Assembly (NCBI GenBank): GCA_036172245.1
Contig: JAYWIR010000005.1
Location: 2,604,001-2,668,000, forward strand
Direction: 5' to 3'
Origin: Raillietiella orientalis
Lineage: Eukaryota
DNA length: 64,000 nt
The notes beneath the pieces were generated by a model. That model ran no database searches and was not told the DNA's origin. It was given only the letters and a program-made list of their open reading frames with translations. Each line of letters starts with the position of its first letter. Position 1 is the first letter of the stretch. The translations under genes were made by a program, and so were the position numbers. Below are positions 37,614 to 50,634 of this stretch, piece after piece.

Positions 37614-38623
37614 GGAACTACAACTGCAGCTCCGAGAGATCCTGGGGGATCCTGAGAAAGGCGCTTCGGCGGGAAGAACCTCTTTCGCTGCAGCGCTGCT
37701 CTTCCTCAGGAAACACATGGACAGCAGCATTGTGGCGAAATTAGAAATTCTAGTGGACATCTCCGGAAGGGATAGAAGATTAGGAGAGTGGAGGACGGGA
37801 CTGCTCTCGGATGCTGCGACGCCAAGTACCCCACCTCATGTACTTTTGCACTGAGACATGGTAGTGGGTGTTCCGGAGGAAGACCAGCAGTGTCCGCCAG
37901 TGCTTATGAGCAGACGCAGCCCCCCCCCCCTTGAAGTGGCAGGAGTCGGCGCTGTCAGTGTTGCACTGAGTCTCCCGTGGAACTCCCGCCTGCACCACTG
38001 GACGCGGGTGCGTGTGGATCCCAACTTTGTTAGGTGCGGAGAGCGTGAATCCCTCCTTGATTGCTAGTGGATCGTTTTGCCCCCCGGCCTCTCTGGGAAC
38101 GCTTTGTCGCGATCCCAGATATCCTCGGCGGCAATCTCAGGGACGCTCTTAGACTCCTCTTCGTGTGCGACGTCCTTCGGCCAGCGGCCTCGCTAGCAGC
38201 TTTGTGTTGCCTATGCGAGATCGGCGCTTCATGAAACAACGCAACGGGAGGACCCAGCCATAGGGATGCCATCCACTTTACTTCGCTGTCTGCTTCATCA
38301 GCATGGCAACGCGATGACCTCACCTGGACAGTACTGTCCAGCAAGACCTTGAGAGCATCCTACAGAAGATGCACAGAACCGCCCCAGCGCAACATGATCC
38401 CTTCCTGCGCCCCCCAAAATTTATTTATCTTTACTTTTGTTTCTTTTTTTCTTTTTTGTTTGCCCCCTCTCCTCTGCTTCCGTGGTGAATCTCAGCGGTC
38501 TACGAACCGGTAACCCGGTAGGTTCAGAACAAAAAGCGCGTGATTGGACCGCTGGTCCAACCACAGATTTCGTAAATGTTTATTTGTTTTATAAATAAAA
38601 TTCCCGGTGTATCCGGGTTAAAA
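37614..38623 (+). mobile_element. 5'-truncated LINE (copy D), ORF2 C-terminus and 3' UTR, bounded by a perfect 16-bp TSD
   Basis: Homologous to copy A 1640-2614. TSD tcaacaaaatcgcctc at 37598-37613 and 38624-38639. zf-RVT remnant NFVRCGERESLLDC. Ends aaataaaattcccggtgtatccgggttaaaa. Confidence 0.92.
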
Positions 38624-39664
38624 TCAACAAAATCGCCTCACCGTCTCCCCTGCCTGCTAACTGAGAATGTCACTAAGGATAGCTATTCTCTGCGGTAAGC
38701 AGTGTTGGACAAGAAATGGCGCATTTTTCAGCCCTTCCATCATCAGAGTATCTGCAGAGATAAAGGGTATGGCGCACACACGTGACGATCCAATTCTGGA
38801 AAATGAATTTCCCGGGCACACTTTGCTTGGGAGTATTTGAACCCTACGCGCAAGACTGGCAATAATTGGAACTCTGCTGCTCGCATTTGGGACTACTTGG
38901 GTAATGATCCCAAGTCATTAATGCCTCGATGTTCTGTATGTATGTATCCCAGCATTTAAGCAACGTGCTTGAAGTGACACAGAAGTCGCTGAAATTTTTT
39001 TGGAGTTGAAACTAGGCAGAACAAAAAGACTATTCCCCCCCCCCCCCTTCCCTGCTTGGACCCCTTTCTTATTCAAGTGTTACTGCGCAATAGTGAAAGA
39101 TTTTGCGAAAGAGATGCTGTTATTCTACGGACAAGAAGTAGACATCTCGAAACTGAAGGATGTACGGAACGCATTCCCTGTCATTTCTTCTTTACCTATG
39201 CTTCTTTATAAAAGTAAAACTCTGTGGAATTTCCTCACCTTCTGGAGGTTTGGAAATCTGAAATGTGAGATCATTATCGTTTTTCCCTCTCAACGAGTGA
39301 GGCCGCATGAAAATGAATTGGTGAGGAGAATAAGGACAACCACATTATCTCGCTAAAACCATTGCGTCCGTAAGGACAGTTGCTTGCTCAATAAGATGTT
39401 TCAGCTTTTCTTTCTATGAGAATTATTATCTCCATTTTTCACTCTTCACTTTTTTTTCCCTGGTAAGATTTTGGTGGCAACGCGTGCGCGTAGATGAGAG
39501 GAAAACGATTCTTCTCAAGCGGATGAAGAGAAGTGAAGAAATGTCCTTTATGCCTAGGGATTTAAAGAAACAGACTTTTGCAAACCTTCAGATATCCATC
39601 GGAAATTTGATTCCACGATGTAAAAAAAAGAGTGGGCTCAGTGAAGAAACGACTGGAGTAACGG

Positions 39665-40620
39665 AATGATCTCCAGAAGAAAGAGAAGCCCGCATCGGAG
39701 GACTTGTGGTTAAGGCTTCCGCGCGTGGCACCACGCGTCGCGGGGCAGAAACTGACGCCATAGCGCCGTTGGGTTCCGAGTTTCTCCTGCAGTGGCGCTG
39801 GCTGGCCTAATCATTCGGGCGTGGCGCCGGCGGTGGATTAAGCCGGAGGCCCCCGATGAAGGCCGGAACAATGGGAAATTGACCTTGGGGTCTTCCCAGG
39901 AATAAAGGAGTAGAGAGTTCCCCCTCCGGTCGTACAACGGAGAGCGGACCCCTCCCACCGAAGGGGTCCCTCCGGTTTCAAGATGGAACAGGAGCCCTCA
40001 CGGGCACCTCTCCAGTTGTCTCCAGGAGCGGATCCGCCCCGGTTGCAGGGGGACCCTCCGAGTCGTCGCCTCTTCACAGAGTGCACAAGGAAGCAAGCGA
40101 GAGCGATCCCCCTGTGGGAAGCTGCAGCGCTCCTTCTGAATTTCGGAAGCGTCCCTTCGGGGTTCTCTTCAGAGGAGTGAACAGGAGCGATTCCCTTGCG
40201 GGTTCCCTCCGGAGAAGAAATTCCTTCTCCGGGTTCCCTTCGGAGAAGTTGAAATGGATAGGACCATCCCCCATAACGGGGGGTGTCCCTCCGGAGAGAA
40301 TGAGGAAGGAGATTCCCTTCGCGGTTCCCTTTTGGAGACAACCAGGGTGGGAGCTGCGATCCCCCCTTCCGGGGGGGATCTCTCCCCAAGCGTGAGAGGA
40401 ACGGGCTCCGAGCCTTTCCTGTATTCATAGGGAGGACCCCATCCCGGGGTGCCCCCTATCCTGAAGAATTACACTGAAGAATTACACGCGCACCTGCGGG
40501 GTTGTCTCAGGGGAGAGGCGTGGAAACAAAACAGTGTTTAAAGGAGCCACGTGCGCCGCAAGGCACGCGACCGGCTCTTGAGGCGCACTTAGCGAACCAA
40601 AAAAAAGAAGCAGACTCTGC
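39665..40620 (-). repeat. Interspersed repeat family 2, copy 2
   Basis: Similar to 13950-14750. Minus ORF 39838-40428 starts MNTGKA at the conserved ATGAAT. Confidence 0.75.
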
Positions 40621-43600
40621 AGTGGAAGACGTCACAGCGTATCTTCCGAACGTAAGCTCAGCCAGAAAGAAAATCCTGAAATTCCAACCTTCGTTACTTC
40701 ACAGGGTAGGTAGATATTAATAATAAACAGATTAAGCAAATAAGTATAAGAGTTGAGAAAACAAAGCAAGCATTTATTCTCAAATTTCAATCATGTAAAA
40801 CAAAAAGCACATGAAAATCGTACATATATATATATTGTGAAATGAGGTTCTTAACGACTTGGATGTTTTTTGGGATCTTTGAATTACCAATTCCTCTGAT
40901 ATAAGGCGCAACATTGGAAAGCTGCTGACACGCAAAGTGAGGAGCGCCAGAGTTTCAAACGTGTGTCAACTTGGCGCAGCATTTGAAGTTTCCACAATTT
41001 TTCACAGAACACTTATTAGCTTTCCGAGGAACACCAGTGTTCAGTTGGGAAACGCTGTCCTAGGCCACGATTCCAGGCAGCTGATAAGTATCATTACGCT
41101 AACATTTGCATGCTATCGGAGATGAGATAAAAAAACACACACACACACATTCATCAGCTTCATCTTACTTCCAGGGACCAGATCAGGGGATTCTCTGGAA
41201 GTCATTTCAAAAATCATCTCTGATTCAGATGAATGAGAGACGAACGGGAGCCCATTGAGGGAAAAAAATTGAGCTGCAAGTGACTCAATCTGAATGCGAG
41301 GGCGAACTTAGAAATGTCTGAGCAATGAACAGTCAAAAAAAGTTTGACTTTAAGAAACAGAAGAAAAAAGCTTCATGATTAGCATTCTTTTTTCCAGAGT
41401 CTAAATAAAATAGAAAATTGAAAAAAAGATTTCGGCATCTGAAAGCACAAAATAGTCTTTTTTTTTTTTTTTTTTTTGAAAAAAAAAAGACTCAGAGACT
41501 CCTAGAAAATGAAATAAGAGAAACGAGCACATTTTTACTGCTTGAGAATGGAACATCTGTCATAAGATATAAGCAGGAAACATAATTGGTGATCATGGTC
41601 TGCTAACTGACGGTGTAGAAACGTGAGGTGGTGCAGAAGAAATCCTTATCTCGAAATATCATCCCAACAGTATTATTCCATTGCTGATTTTACCACTTTT
41701 ATATTATCACTCTTATCATGCCTGATTTCCAACAAGTCCGGTTTCTGAGTTCCACTTCGCGTTTTCCTTTTCTGTCATCTGATGCTGCAAGTGGTCTTAT
41801 CTTCACTTCAGAGTCCATCCTCTATTCCTAGAGCCATCTGCATCTCTTTGTCCATTTTCGAACAAGCACTCTTGCAAGTGCTCAAGATGCATGCCAACTT
41901 TTATTTCTCCACAATGAAAGTCTGAATTTGAAAGTCTTTTCCACAAAAACACTTCGTCAGAGGACTGTATCCATCTTTTGTGTGTGAGTGTGGGGAGGGG
42001 GAGTTCATTGAAGAGGATAGTTGAATGCTTTGCTGGTTGCATTTACACGTGAAAATCAGAATTTAGGAAAGTGGAAAGTTCAGACAGAATTGCAAAAACA
42101 CTAGCTCGAGTGTTCCTTTTTATATGCGGGTGCGAGAAAGATGGCTGTAGAAATGTAAGCTCATCTTTTATAGGATATTCGATCATAACGAAAATACTGA
42201 CCCTTTAAATAGCATCCAGTTTTAATACCATTTTATTATCTGTTACATAGGAATATGTATCATGGGGAATTTCCATTAGTTAGACGTAATCTATGAATCA
42301 ATGAGATATATTTGCTACCTGGAAATAATATAATGATCATACTTTATCTCAGAAGAAACTGTGAATATCCTAAATGCATAAAAATTGCATGTTCGTGTAC
42401 TATGTCATAATTTGCTATGAGAAATGGCAGGTAATAAAAGATCTGATTTGAGGTATGTTATGAATAGAAAAAAATAATGTGCCTTTAGATTACTGATTAC
42501 ATAAATAGGATTCTATCATAAGCAGACTTTGGCTCCATATTCACCTGTACGTTACTTCCACTCATTATGTGCCTATAGGTTACTAATTTCATATTGTTTT
42601 CAACTATTTCAGCTGCATGTTGAGCTGCACTCTTGTCTGTGAGTCCTGGTTTCCAGTCCACTAAATCGTAACAGGGAAAATAGGGCCATTTCTTTATGGA
42701 GTGTACGGCAGAGGCAGATGACTCTTGCAAAAGTATAGAAACGAGCATCTACGGCCGCTCGTGGAGCACCAGAAAAAGACTTCTCGATAGCCGAGAGTTA
42801 TGAACGTGATTCGATATTCGATGAATGGCATCAAAGCAAATAGAGTGGTAAATGCAAGCAGATAATGAAGCAGGGATTTCTGTTTAGAATATTCTGCTCT
42901 GCGGTAGCTTTCGGTTTCCTTCGAGCTTCCCTCTTGGATTTTTCACTGCTCCAAAGTCCCATTTGGGCAGCACGAAGGTTCACTCGCAAACATGCTCGCG
43001 TTTATATCAAGTGACTTGCAGGTCAGTGTTTTCCCCTCAACTGGCCCCTGTTCGTCTCTAATTCATCTGAATCAGGGACGACTTCCCAAGGGACGAATTC
43101 ATGGTGCAGTTCCTGGAAGCAAGCCCGGAACATCAGCGACTTCTCGGTGTAAAGTGTACTGTGGAAATCTGAGACGATTCGAAGGAATTGTATTTTCGGA
43201 CCCTGGTCCTGAGGGCTCAATTCTGTTGGACAGTTTCAGGGGTCAGTAGGAAAACAGGTGTTTGTTCTGTGCCTCTTGAACACAATGCCATTTTTCTTGA
43301 ATAAGATGGTACGTGCGGGGGCCCGGAAGTTCCCAAAGATGAGAACAAACGGGATGCAAAGGAAAAGTGTTGAAACTCATGTTTTCTTGAAGCTTATTTT
43401 TTCCAGAAGCCTATCTGCAAGAGTTTTCTTTAATACAAAGGACCTTGGCTGAATGCACGCTGTGATGCCATTAACTATTTAGTAGTTGGAAGAAATGGTC
43501 ATCCATTTGGAATTGGATTTTGATACACAGCTTGATAGTGGCATGGAACGGAAGAGGCGGAGCATTGAAAACTTCTCTTGAAGTCTTCGGTATGTGGTAT

Positions 43601-46595
43601 TAGAAGTGCATATGAAGTTTATGATGTCCAGAAACCCTTCTTGCAGACAAATGTGATCCTAAGAGAGATTGAATACAGGTATAGAATATGTTTAGCAAAT
43701 CGATGGGTCCAGTGGTCCATCAGGCATAAAAGGAATTATGAGAAGTGTTCTTAACAGAAAGCTCTTAAAATAACTAACCAAACTAACTACTCAAACAAAA
43801 CTAACCCTTATAGTCTTAACTCCTGTCAGCGCACAAAAATTACCACTATCCACCAAACTCCCCTTGACTGACACTAATTTAAAATTAAAATTCCCTAATA
43901 CTAACAAATTATACACTCCATTTACTATCAATGTTGCCACCCCCAATCTCCTGCACTAACAATAAATCAAACGCTTTCTCAATCTCATACCAATATAACA
44001 CCAACTACTACTCAACCCAACTAAAAATCTACCTGCTCAACACATCCCCCAATACTAAAATAAATACACAACCACAGAAATGGATGAAATGGAACCACGT
44101 GGAGTGCCATATCTTCATTCACGACTTTGATTTAGACGAAAGCAAAGTTGAAACTCATCTGAGTGTGTGCAAGTCAAGGGTACTTTCCCTGAGTCCACGA
44201 TTTCACAGAGCATTCCCTGCTCATGGCAATGGGGAAAGGGTAAGAAATTTCTCTAGTGGTTGCAGCGGTTGCAGTCAGTTTGTGAATCTTCTTCTGCTAT
44301 GATGACTCCTGATCACATCAGGAGGCGAGCAGGCTAGAGCAATTTGCTTTTGCCTTTCTTCCCATATTTTCAGTGCAAATGCGCACCCTCTTTAGTGCTG
44401 GGGGGGAAAAAGTAGGTTCCACGGACGCTTTCCACATTCACTGCTTTTATCATAATGGCAGGTATCGGTTTGAAAGTGACCGTGCACGAATTGGATTGGG
44501 GACATCCGTGGCAGGCTGTAACTAAGAAACCGAAACAAACCGGGAAAACTGTTGGAAGTCCCTTCATTCCCAATGCCGTAGGTCTAGTGTAACAAGTGCG
44601 AAACATTTTGCCTATCTATCCGAAGCAGCAAGCAAAACAGATTCGTGTCTGTGACGGACGCACGAGAATTCCACAAAAAAAAAAAAAATCCGCTTCTCGC
44701 TAAAAATGCTACATTTGACGCTACGTTCATCTTGTATTTACATGCTCACGTATTTGTACGAAGACCAAAAACAAGTTGGAGAAAATTAATCTTGTTTATG
44801 TTTCCTGGATGAAAGGGAGCATCTGCATCCAAGTTAATTCTGCAATCTTGGCGCTACAGGCTTCATTTTTTTCTTTTTTTTGGCAAAGATACAGTAAAAT
44901 TATAAAGCTGAGCTTAGCATAAGCTCGGTTTGACGTTCGAAAGGAAAGGACGGCTGCAGCCATCGCGTGCGTTCCCATTATCACTGGGATAAATAATTGA
45001 GCACGAAAACTTGGACTTTTCAAGCTAAATGCTTCTTTTCTTCTTCTTCCTCCCCTTCTTCTTCTTCTTTCACTCTTGTGTTGGACAACTGTAACTAGAG
45101 CCTAGCTGACTCTTTTTCTTCGGTTGAAGCTTTGGCCTTTCTGTTCATCCTGATTTGCATTTTTCTTCCACACAGGGAAAACGGTGTTCTCGACATGGAT
45201 CGGAACTGTACGAAAGTTCCGTGTGCTTTACAACTAGCCAAATGTACAGATGGGAAATTTCGAAATTGTCAAAATGAAAGATTCGCAAATCAGTGGTTTA
45301 TTAATCGCTTTTTGGAAAGCAATAAATTCCCCTTTCCAAAGATGTTAACCACTTCGGTACGGAGGCGGTTTGCTGGCTGGCAAAATTGGATCATCAATAA
45401 ATTCAGATCACATGTAAACATGGGAACTTCCACTGTCAATGATTTGTTCACAGAACTGCTTATAGCTTTCCTCTGCAGTTTCTGGAAAAATCAAAAGGAT
45501 GAAATAAAGACAGAATCAAGAACGCGGAAACACAGAAATCACCGACGAACGAGGCAGACAGTGAGTAATTGGGAATTGAAAAACAATCCTTCTCAATAAA
45601 TATAGGAAAACAGTGTCACAGTGGTGTAAGAAGTGAACAGAGGAGTGTACTCATGAACAGAAGCGAGGATTCAACTAAACAACAGATGTATCCAGCCGCT
45701 GTGCTAAACTGGAAAGTTCCATTCGTACAGCAAGCTTAGGAACGTCCGAGCTGTGCAAACGGTTTCTGTTCTGTGACTCCATATTCCCAGTTCCCTTGAC
45801 CATTCTCAAATCGAAAACTTCAGCCGAAACTTCTTCCCTAAACTCTTTAACGTATCCTATTTCTTGGAGAGCCTTCCAGCTTCATTCCTGGTCGATCCCT
45901 GGCGGCTATCGCCTCCTCCCAAATTTGCAGCCTTCTCAGTTTAGATGACCTTAATCGATGGATTGAATGATCTCTTCTGAATTATGATTTGTTCCGCTCA
46001 TCGGTAAAAGGAAATTTGAAAGTCAATGTCATTTTAACCGGTTTCTTGCTAAAGGATTATAATGGGATAATTTGCAGTCTAATAGATGCTTGAAAACGTC
46101 TTTGATGCAGTTTTGCACCCCTAATCAGTCGGAACCTTGAACTTTTGTGGCTGGATTGCTTACCAGAATGAACATTTAGCAGATAAATTCGGTTCAAAAG
46201 CATCCGTGCTGTGAGATGCTGAATGGGCATCCAAAATTCTTTTCATGCAGAGTATGAAATGATATAAAGAGGTTCTATCCTTTTCATGGAGACTTTTGTT
46301 ACATCCACCATTTCAAAAAACAGAAAAGTCTCTACAGTTTCTAGGAACACTCATTCTTTTTTCTTTCTGTAAAAAAAAAAAAATTGCCCGATTTTGGATT
46401 TTCTCCATTAGTGTTTCATTGAGATAATCAATTAACCAGTCATCCAGGACTAATAATGGAGACTTTACTGTAGAAGAGTTTATATTTTTAACAAAACTTT
46501 TTGTTTGCAGATCACATAAAAAAGCATATCTTTCATTTCGAAATAAAAAAAATTCGTTATCTGTGCTTCTGTGATTTAGGAACCGTGAGCTCAGG

Positions 46596-47384
46596 TACGA
46601 GACCAATCTCAAAATATCCGATCAGATATAAAAAAGAACCAATAAGAGAAACAGAAATGCATTCGAAGTTCGAAACACATACATCCTCATATCATTTGCC
46701 TACGTAGCCACCATTTTTTTCTTGAAACACTTTTGATACCGTGGAAGAAGCTCATTGAAAGCGTCTGCATGAAAGTCCGCCGCCTGGGGGCCCAGCCAGA
46801 CAGCTCAGCAGCACTGCGGTTTTCAGCTCTCCACTTTCCTGGAATGGTTGGATGCAAGCCCCTTCTGGAAGTGCAGAGAGGAAGGCGTGGGCGGGACTGT
46901 GAGGTGGGCGATCGAAAAGTTCCCATTCGAATTTCCGAATTGTCTGGAATGTGTGGACAGCATGTGTTGCCAGGGAGCGCGTTGTCGTGGAGGAGAAGAG
47001 CAATCCCTGATCTCAGCATCCCACTTCGTCGGTTCTGCTGAATGACACGTCGCAGTTTTGAAAGTAGTTCCATAGTGAATTGAGAAGGTGATGGTTGTTC
47101 CAGGCTCCATGAAGTCCTTTTGGTCCCACACGCTGCTTCCCGCAAGTGGAGAGCTGAAATTCGCAGTTCTGCTGAGCTGTCTGGCTGGGCCCCCAGGCGG
47201 CAGACTTTCACGCAGACGCTTTCAATGAGCTTCTTCCACGGTATCAAAAGTGTTTCAAGAAAAAAATGGTGGCTACGTAGGCAAATGATATGAGGATGTA
47301 TGTGTTTCAAACTCCGAATGCATTTCTGTTTCTCTCATTGGTTCTTTTTTATATCCGATCGGCTCTTTTGAGATGCGCCTCGTA
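46596..47384. mobile_element. Non-autonomous mariner derivative with 241-bp inverted arms made of two transposase 3' ends
   Basis: Arms 46596-46836 and 47144-47384 are near-perfect reverse complements that begin TA-CGAG. Each encodes the mariner C-terminus (DFH..AF..LLPRYQKCF..NGGYVGK-stop). The core has LLHDNA and KFEWELFDRPPHSP on the minus strand. Confidence 0.92.
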
Positions 47385-50300
47385 TTTGGGTTCACTCGTA
47401 TACAAATATACATATATACACATATTTAGCCATTCAGAGAATTATATCAAGTGTTGACTATAACATCAATTACAAAAGAAAGAAGATGGAGGCGAAATCA
47501 AATAGAGAAAATGGAATTTAAGTTGTAGGATGTTTGAATAAAACTATGAGGGAAAGCAGTACTTCGTATCTGGTAATATTAAAACTAACATGAAGGTGTG
47601 ATTGAAAAATATTCCCTGGTTATTCATTTATGGAAATTATAGGATATGTGCTCTATGAAATGCAACCAAGCAGTAATTACTTGGCAAAACAGTAACTTAC
47701 TTGAAATTTTTAGTTTGTTTTTTCTATAAAAGCTGAAATTCATGCAAACCTTTGCTCTCTACGAAATGAATAAAGGTAAACACATTACCGATTCCAGTTC
47801 TAGTAGTCCCTTTTGATAAGATAATGAGTGAGGCTAATATCTCCGTATAGCTAATCTGAAGTCTTCATATTCTTTCATTTACAGGCACTGTTACTATGTT
47901 TTGTATTGTAACCTCTCCCCCTAGTACTATACATCTTACTTACTTTATTGCCGAGAAATTTGGTCTTTCAAACGTCTTGTAGTAACCCTTTATGGTGTGA
48001 AGAAGGAGTTTTCTTTCTCACTAGTAGCATATTGTTTTTCTCTCTCCATCTTTCAGTTCGGGACAATCACTTTCAATGTTCGCCATCTATTTCATTCCAA
48101 TAATCTTATGGATAAGGACAAGCGTGTTTCCATAAAACACACTGAGACAAAGCTTAACAGAGATACCAATGAAACGAGGAGAAAAGAACAAAATTATCCA
48201 AATTAGATTCACTTCCTGGGACCTTCAGCGAAAGTGTAAACTTGGATACCAGGATTTAACATAGAGGATTGCAAATCAAATGGACCACACTACGAAGTAC
48301 ACGTACGTGAAGATGCAGTTTACGATGGCATGCTTACAAATACCATGACTACCACCGGTAGGGTTGTTAGTACGTCTGCTTGCACTGCAAAATCAACTAC
48401 CCTCAATTTTCTGCATCCACTTATTCCCTTTCGAGATGCAATTTTTTCAACAGCGATGGTTTGGCAGGCATAAAAATGAATAGCAAAGCAAGAAACGCGC
48501 GAAGCATTTTCCTTTTGCTTTGAGTCCAGTGTATCTCTGTGCACCCCTTAACTCTTTCAAGCGGAAGATGTGCAGCGAGATGCTCGCCCTCGAGAATTTT
48601 GAAAATTCGAAGCAAAGATATGATGCTGCTCCTCCCACTGATCCAAGTGCAAACTTCATAACCCATTCAGGAGATCAGCGCTACTGATAACTTGCATGTG
48701 ACCCAGAGATGGAAAAAATATGGCACTTCCCAAGTGCCCAAATCGAACTTTGGAAGTTCACAGTCGTTGGCAAGAATTTCCACACTTCCAGGGGAAAAAA
48801 ATGCGAGTTCCATGGAAATGTTCCGAATCACTGGTTGGGTACCTTCGTAATTATTTATAATTATGGATGCAATGATAATGTCCGCCCACGAGATGATGTA
48901 TTTCCCGATATGAGATGCACTTGCAGCATCCTATTTAGCATTATGCATCGGTGGCAATGTGTTTTAGAATCGTTCAAGATAAAGGTTGTTAATTTGATGC
49001 ATAGGACTCAGTTATTCACTTTAATTTGTTCCAATGAAATGCATCCTGAAGGCTATATGTAGTCGAGATTAAGCGAATTTTTTTTTTTTTTTCAAGAAAA
49101 CACTTCCTCAAACGCTTCAAGACAAGTAGATAAGTCTAAGAATTGCAATGGAATAGCTTCACCGTTTAGATGACCCGAGAAGCTCTGCTTCCAACTTATT
49201 ATCTGGACAACTGACATGTTTATCGTCAAATTGGCATATTTATAATCGTGTTTTCTTTCCAGGCAGCTTTTTTTTTTTTAAAAAAAAAAAAAACTGGATG
49301 AAACTTCATCAAGAGAAGTTTCTTATACGATGATGAAAGAGAAACGTACTGTCATGGAGGATAAATGAGTAGAAGAAGATGGTTCTTCAATCTGATGTTC
49401 CAAAACGAAACATGAACTGTAAAGCATCATGTAACTGATGACTTTTTATTTGCAAATGCTGTCAATTCCAGTGACTTGCCTTTCAAATTGAATGGCCCCT
49501 TGCCTTGATTCTTCCATGGGAAAAAATACAAGACTTTCGATCATTTGAAAAGATGATTATGGTACATGGAATCCTCGAACGTGCATTGGAAAGTTGGTTC
49601 GAATTTTGAACAAAAAAAAATCGGCCTGTATACTCCCAAGGCTTTTCAGTGGAAAAATAAAACCAGCAACCCACTTTAGTAACTCAAGAAGGCACTCGTG
49701 ATTTATCCAGCAATGAATTGTTATTAATTATATAATCAGTATGAGAATTAATGTTATCGAAAGGCTCGAGGAAACAAAATATTGACCAAGAAGGGATTTT
49801 CTGGATGGATGTGATGTACTGGATAGCCATCACGACCAGGAAATGCAGACATAGGAGCAGGGAAAGAAACAAAATACTCCAAATAGCAGTTTGATTATCA
49901 TTGAATTGAAAGCATCTAAATCGCCCGAGCATCATCAGTGCTTTACGATAGGAATCAAAGGATTTCGATTCTAAAGTGCATCACCATCACCTTCCTATGG
50001 ACCAAGTCCAAGAGAATCTTAAGAGAACGAGTTTCTGGAAAGAAATGTTCGATGAGTCGATTAATCACATAAGAAACAAATGTCGAATTTCTGAAGAAAT
50101 GTCTCGGATCATTATGAAATAAGTCATCTCTCCACATGATGGCTTGAAAAAAGTGGAAAGGCAAAAGAAACAAATAAATAGAAAAAAATATTAATATTTA
50201 AAGCAACACTGACTGGCAGCAAATGAAAGCCAAGCATCCAGCAGCGCTCATCACGCTCCCACTGTCGCAGTCAAAAAATGGGAAGCGGCTCGGATCATGA

Positions 50301-50634
50301 AGAATGGGTCCTTGAGAAAAAAAAAAAAACTCTGCCATGCAGCATCAGGAATTTCTTGCGACTTCCATTTCGATCTTGATAATTACACGGATGCGCACCT
50401 GTAATGAAGGAACGTTCCGTGTTCCAAAGACAAACTTTAGATCGGTTCAAGAAATCAGCAGATGTAAAGACGAAAGACACGACAGTGAGGGAATAAGTGT
50501 TTTCGAGATGTGTCCTGATTGAACTCGAGGGCGTAAAGTTATGATATGACCACACCTGGAATGATTCTGCTTAGACGCTCTTTGAAGCAAGTAACAAGTC
50601 CATTGATCGTTCATTATGGACCCCAAATACTTGG

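Noticed and set aside
46687..47310. 207-aa ORF as a functional transposase
   Set aside because: Artefact of the inverted arms. Motifs are split across frames, and the N-terminal DNA-binding region and YSPDL motif are missing or damaged.
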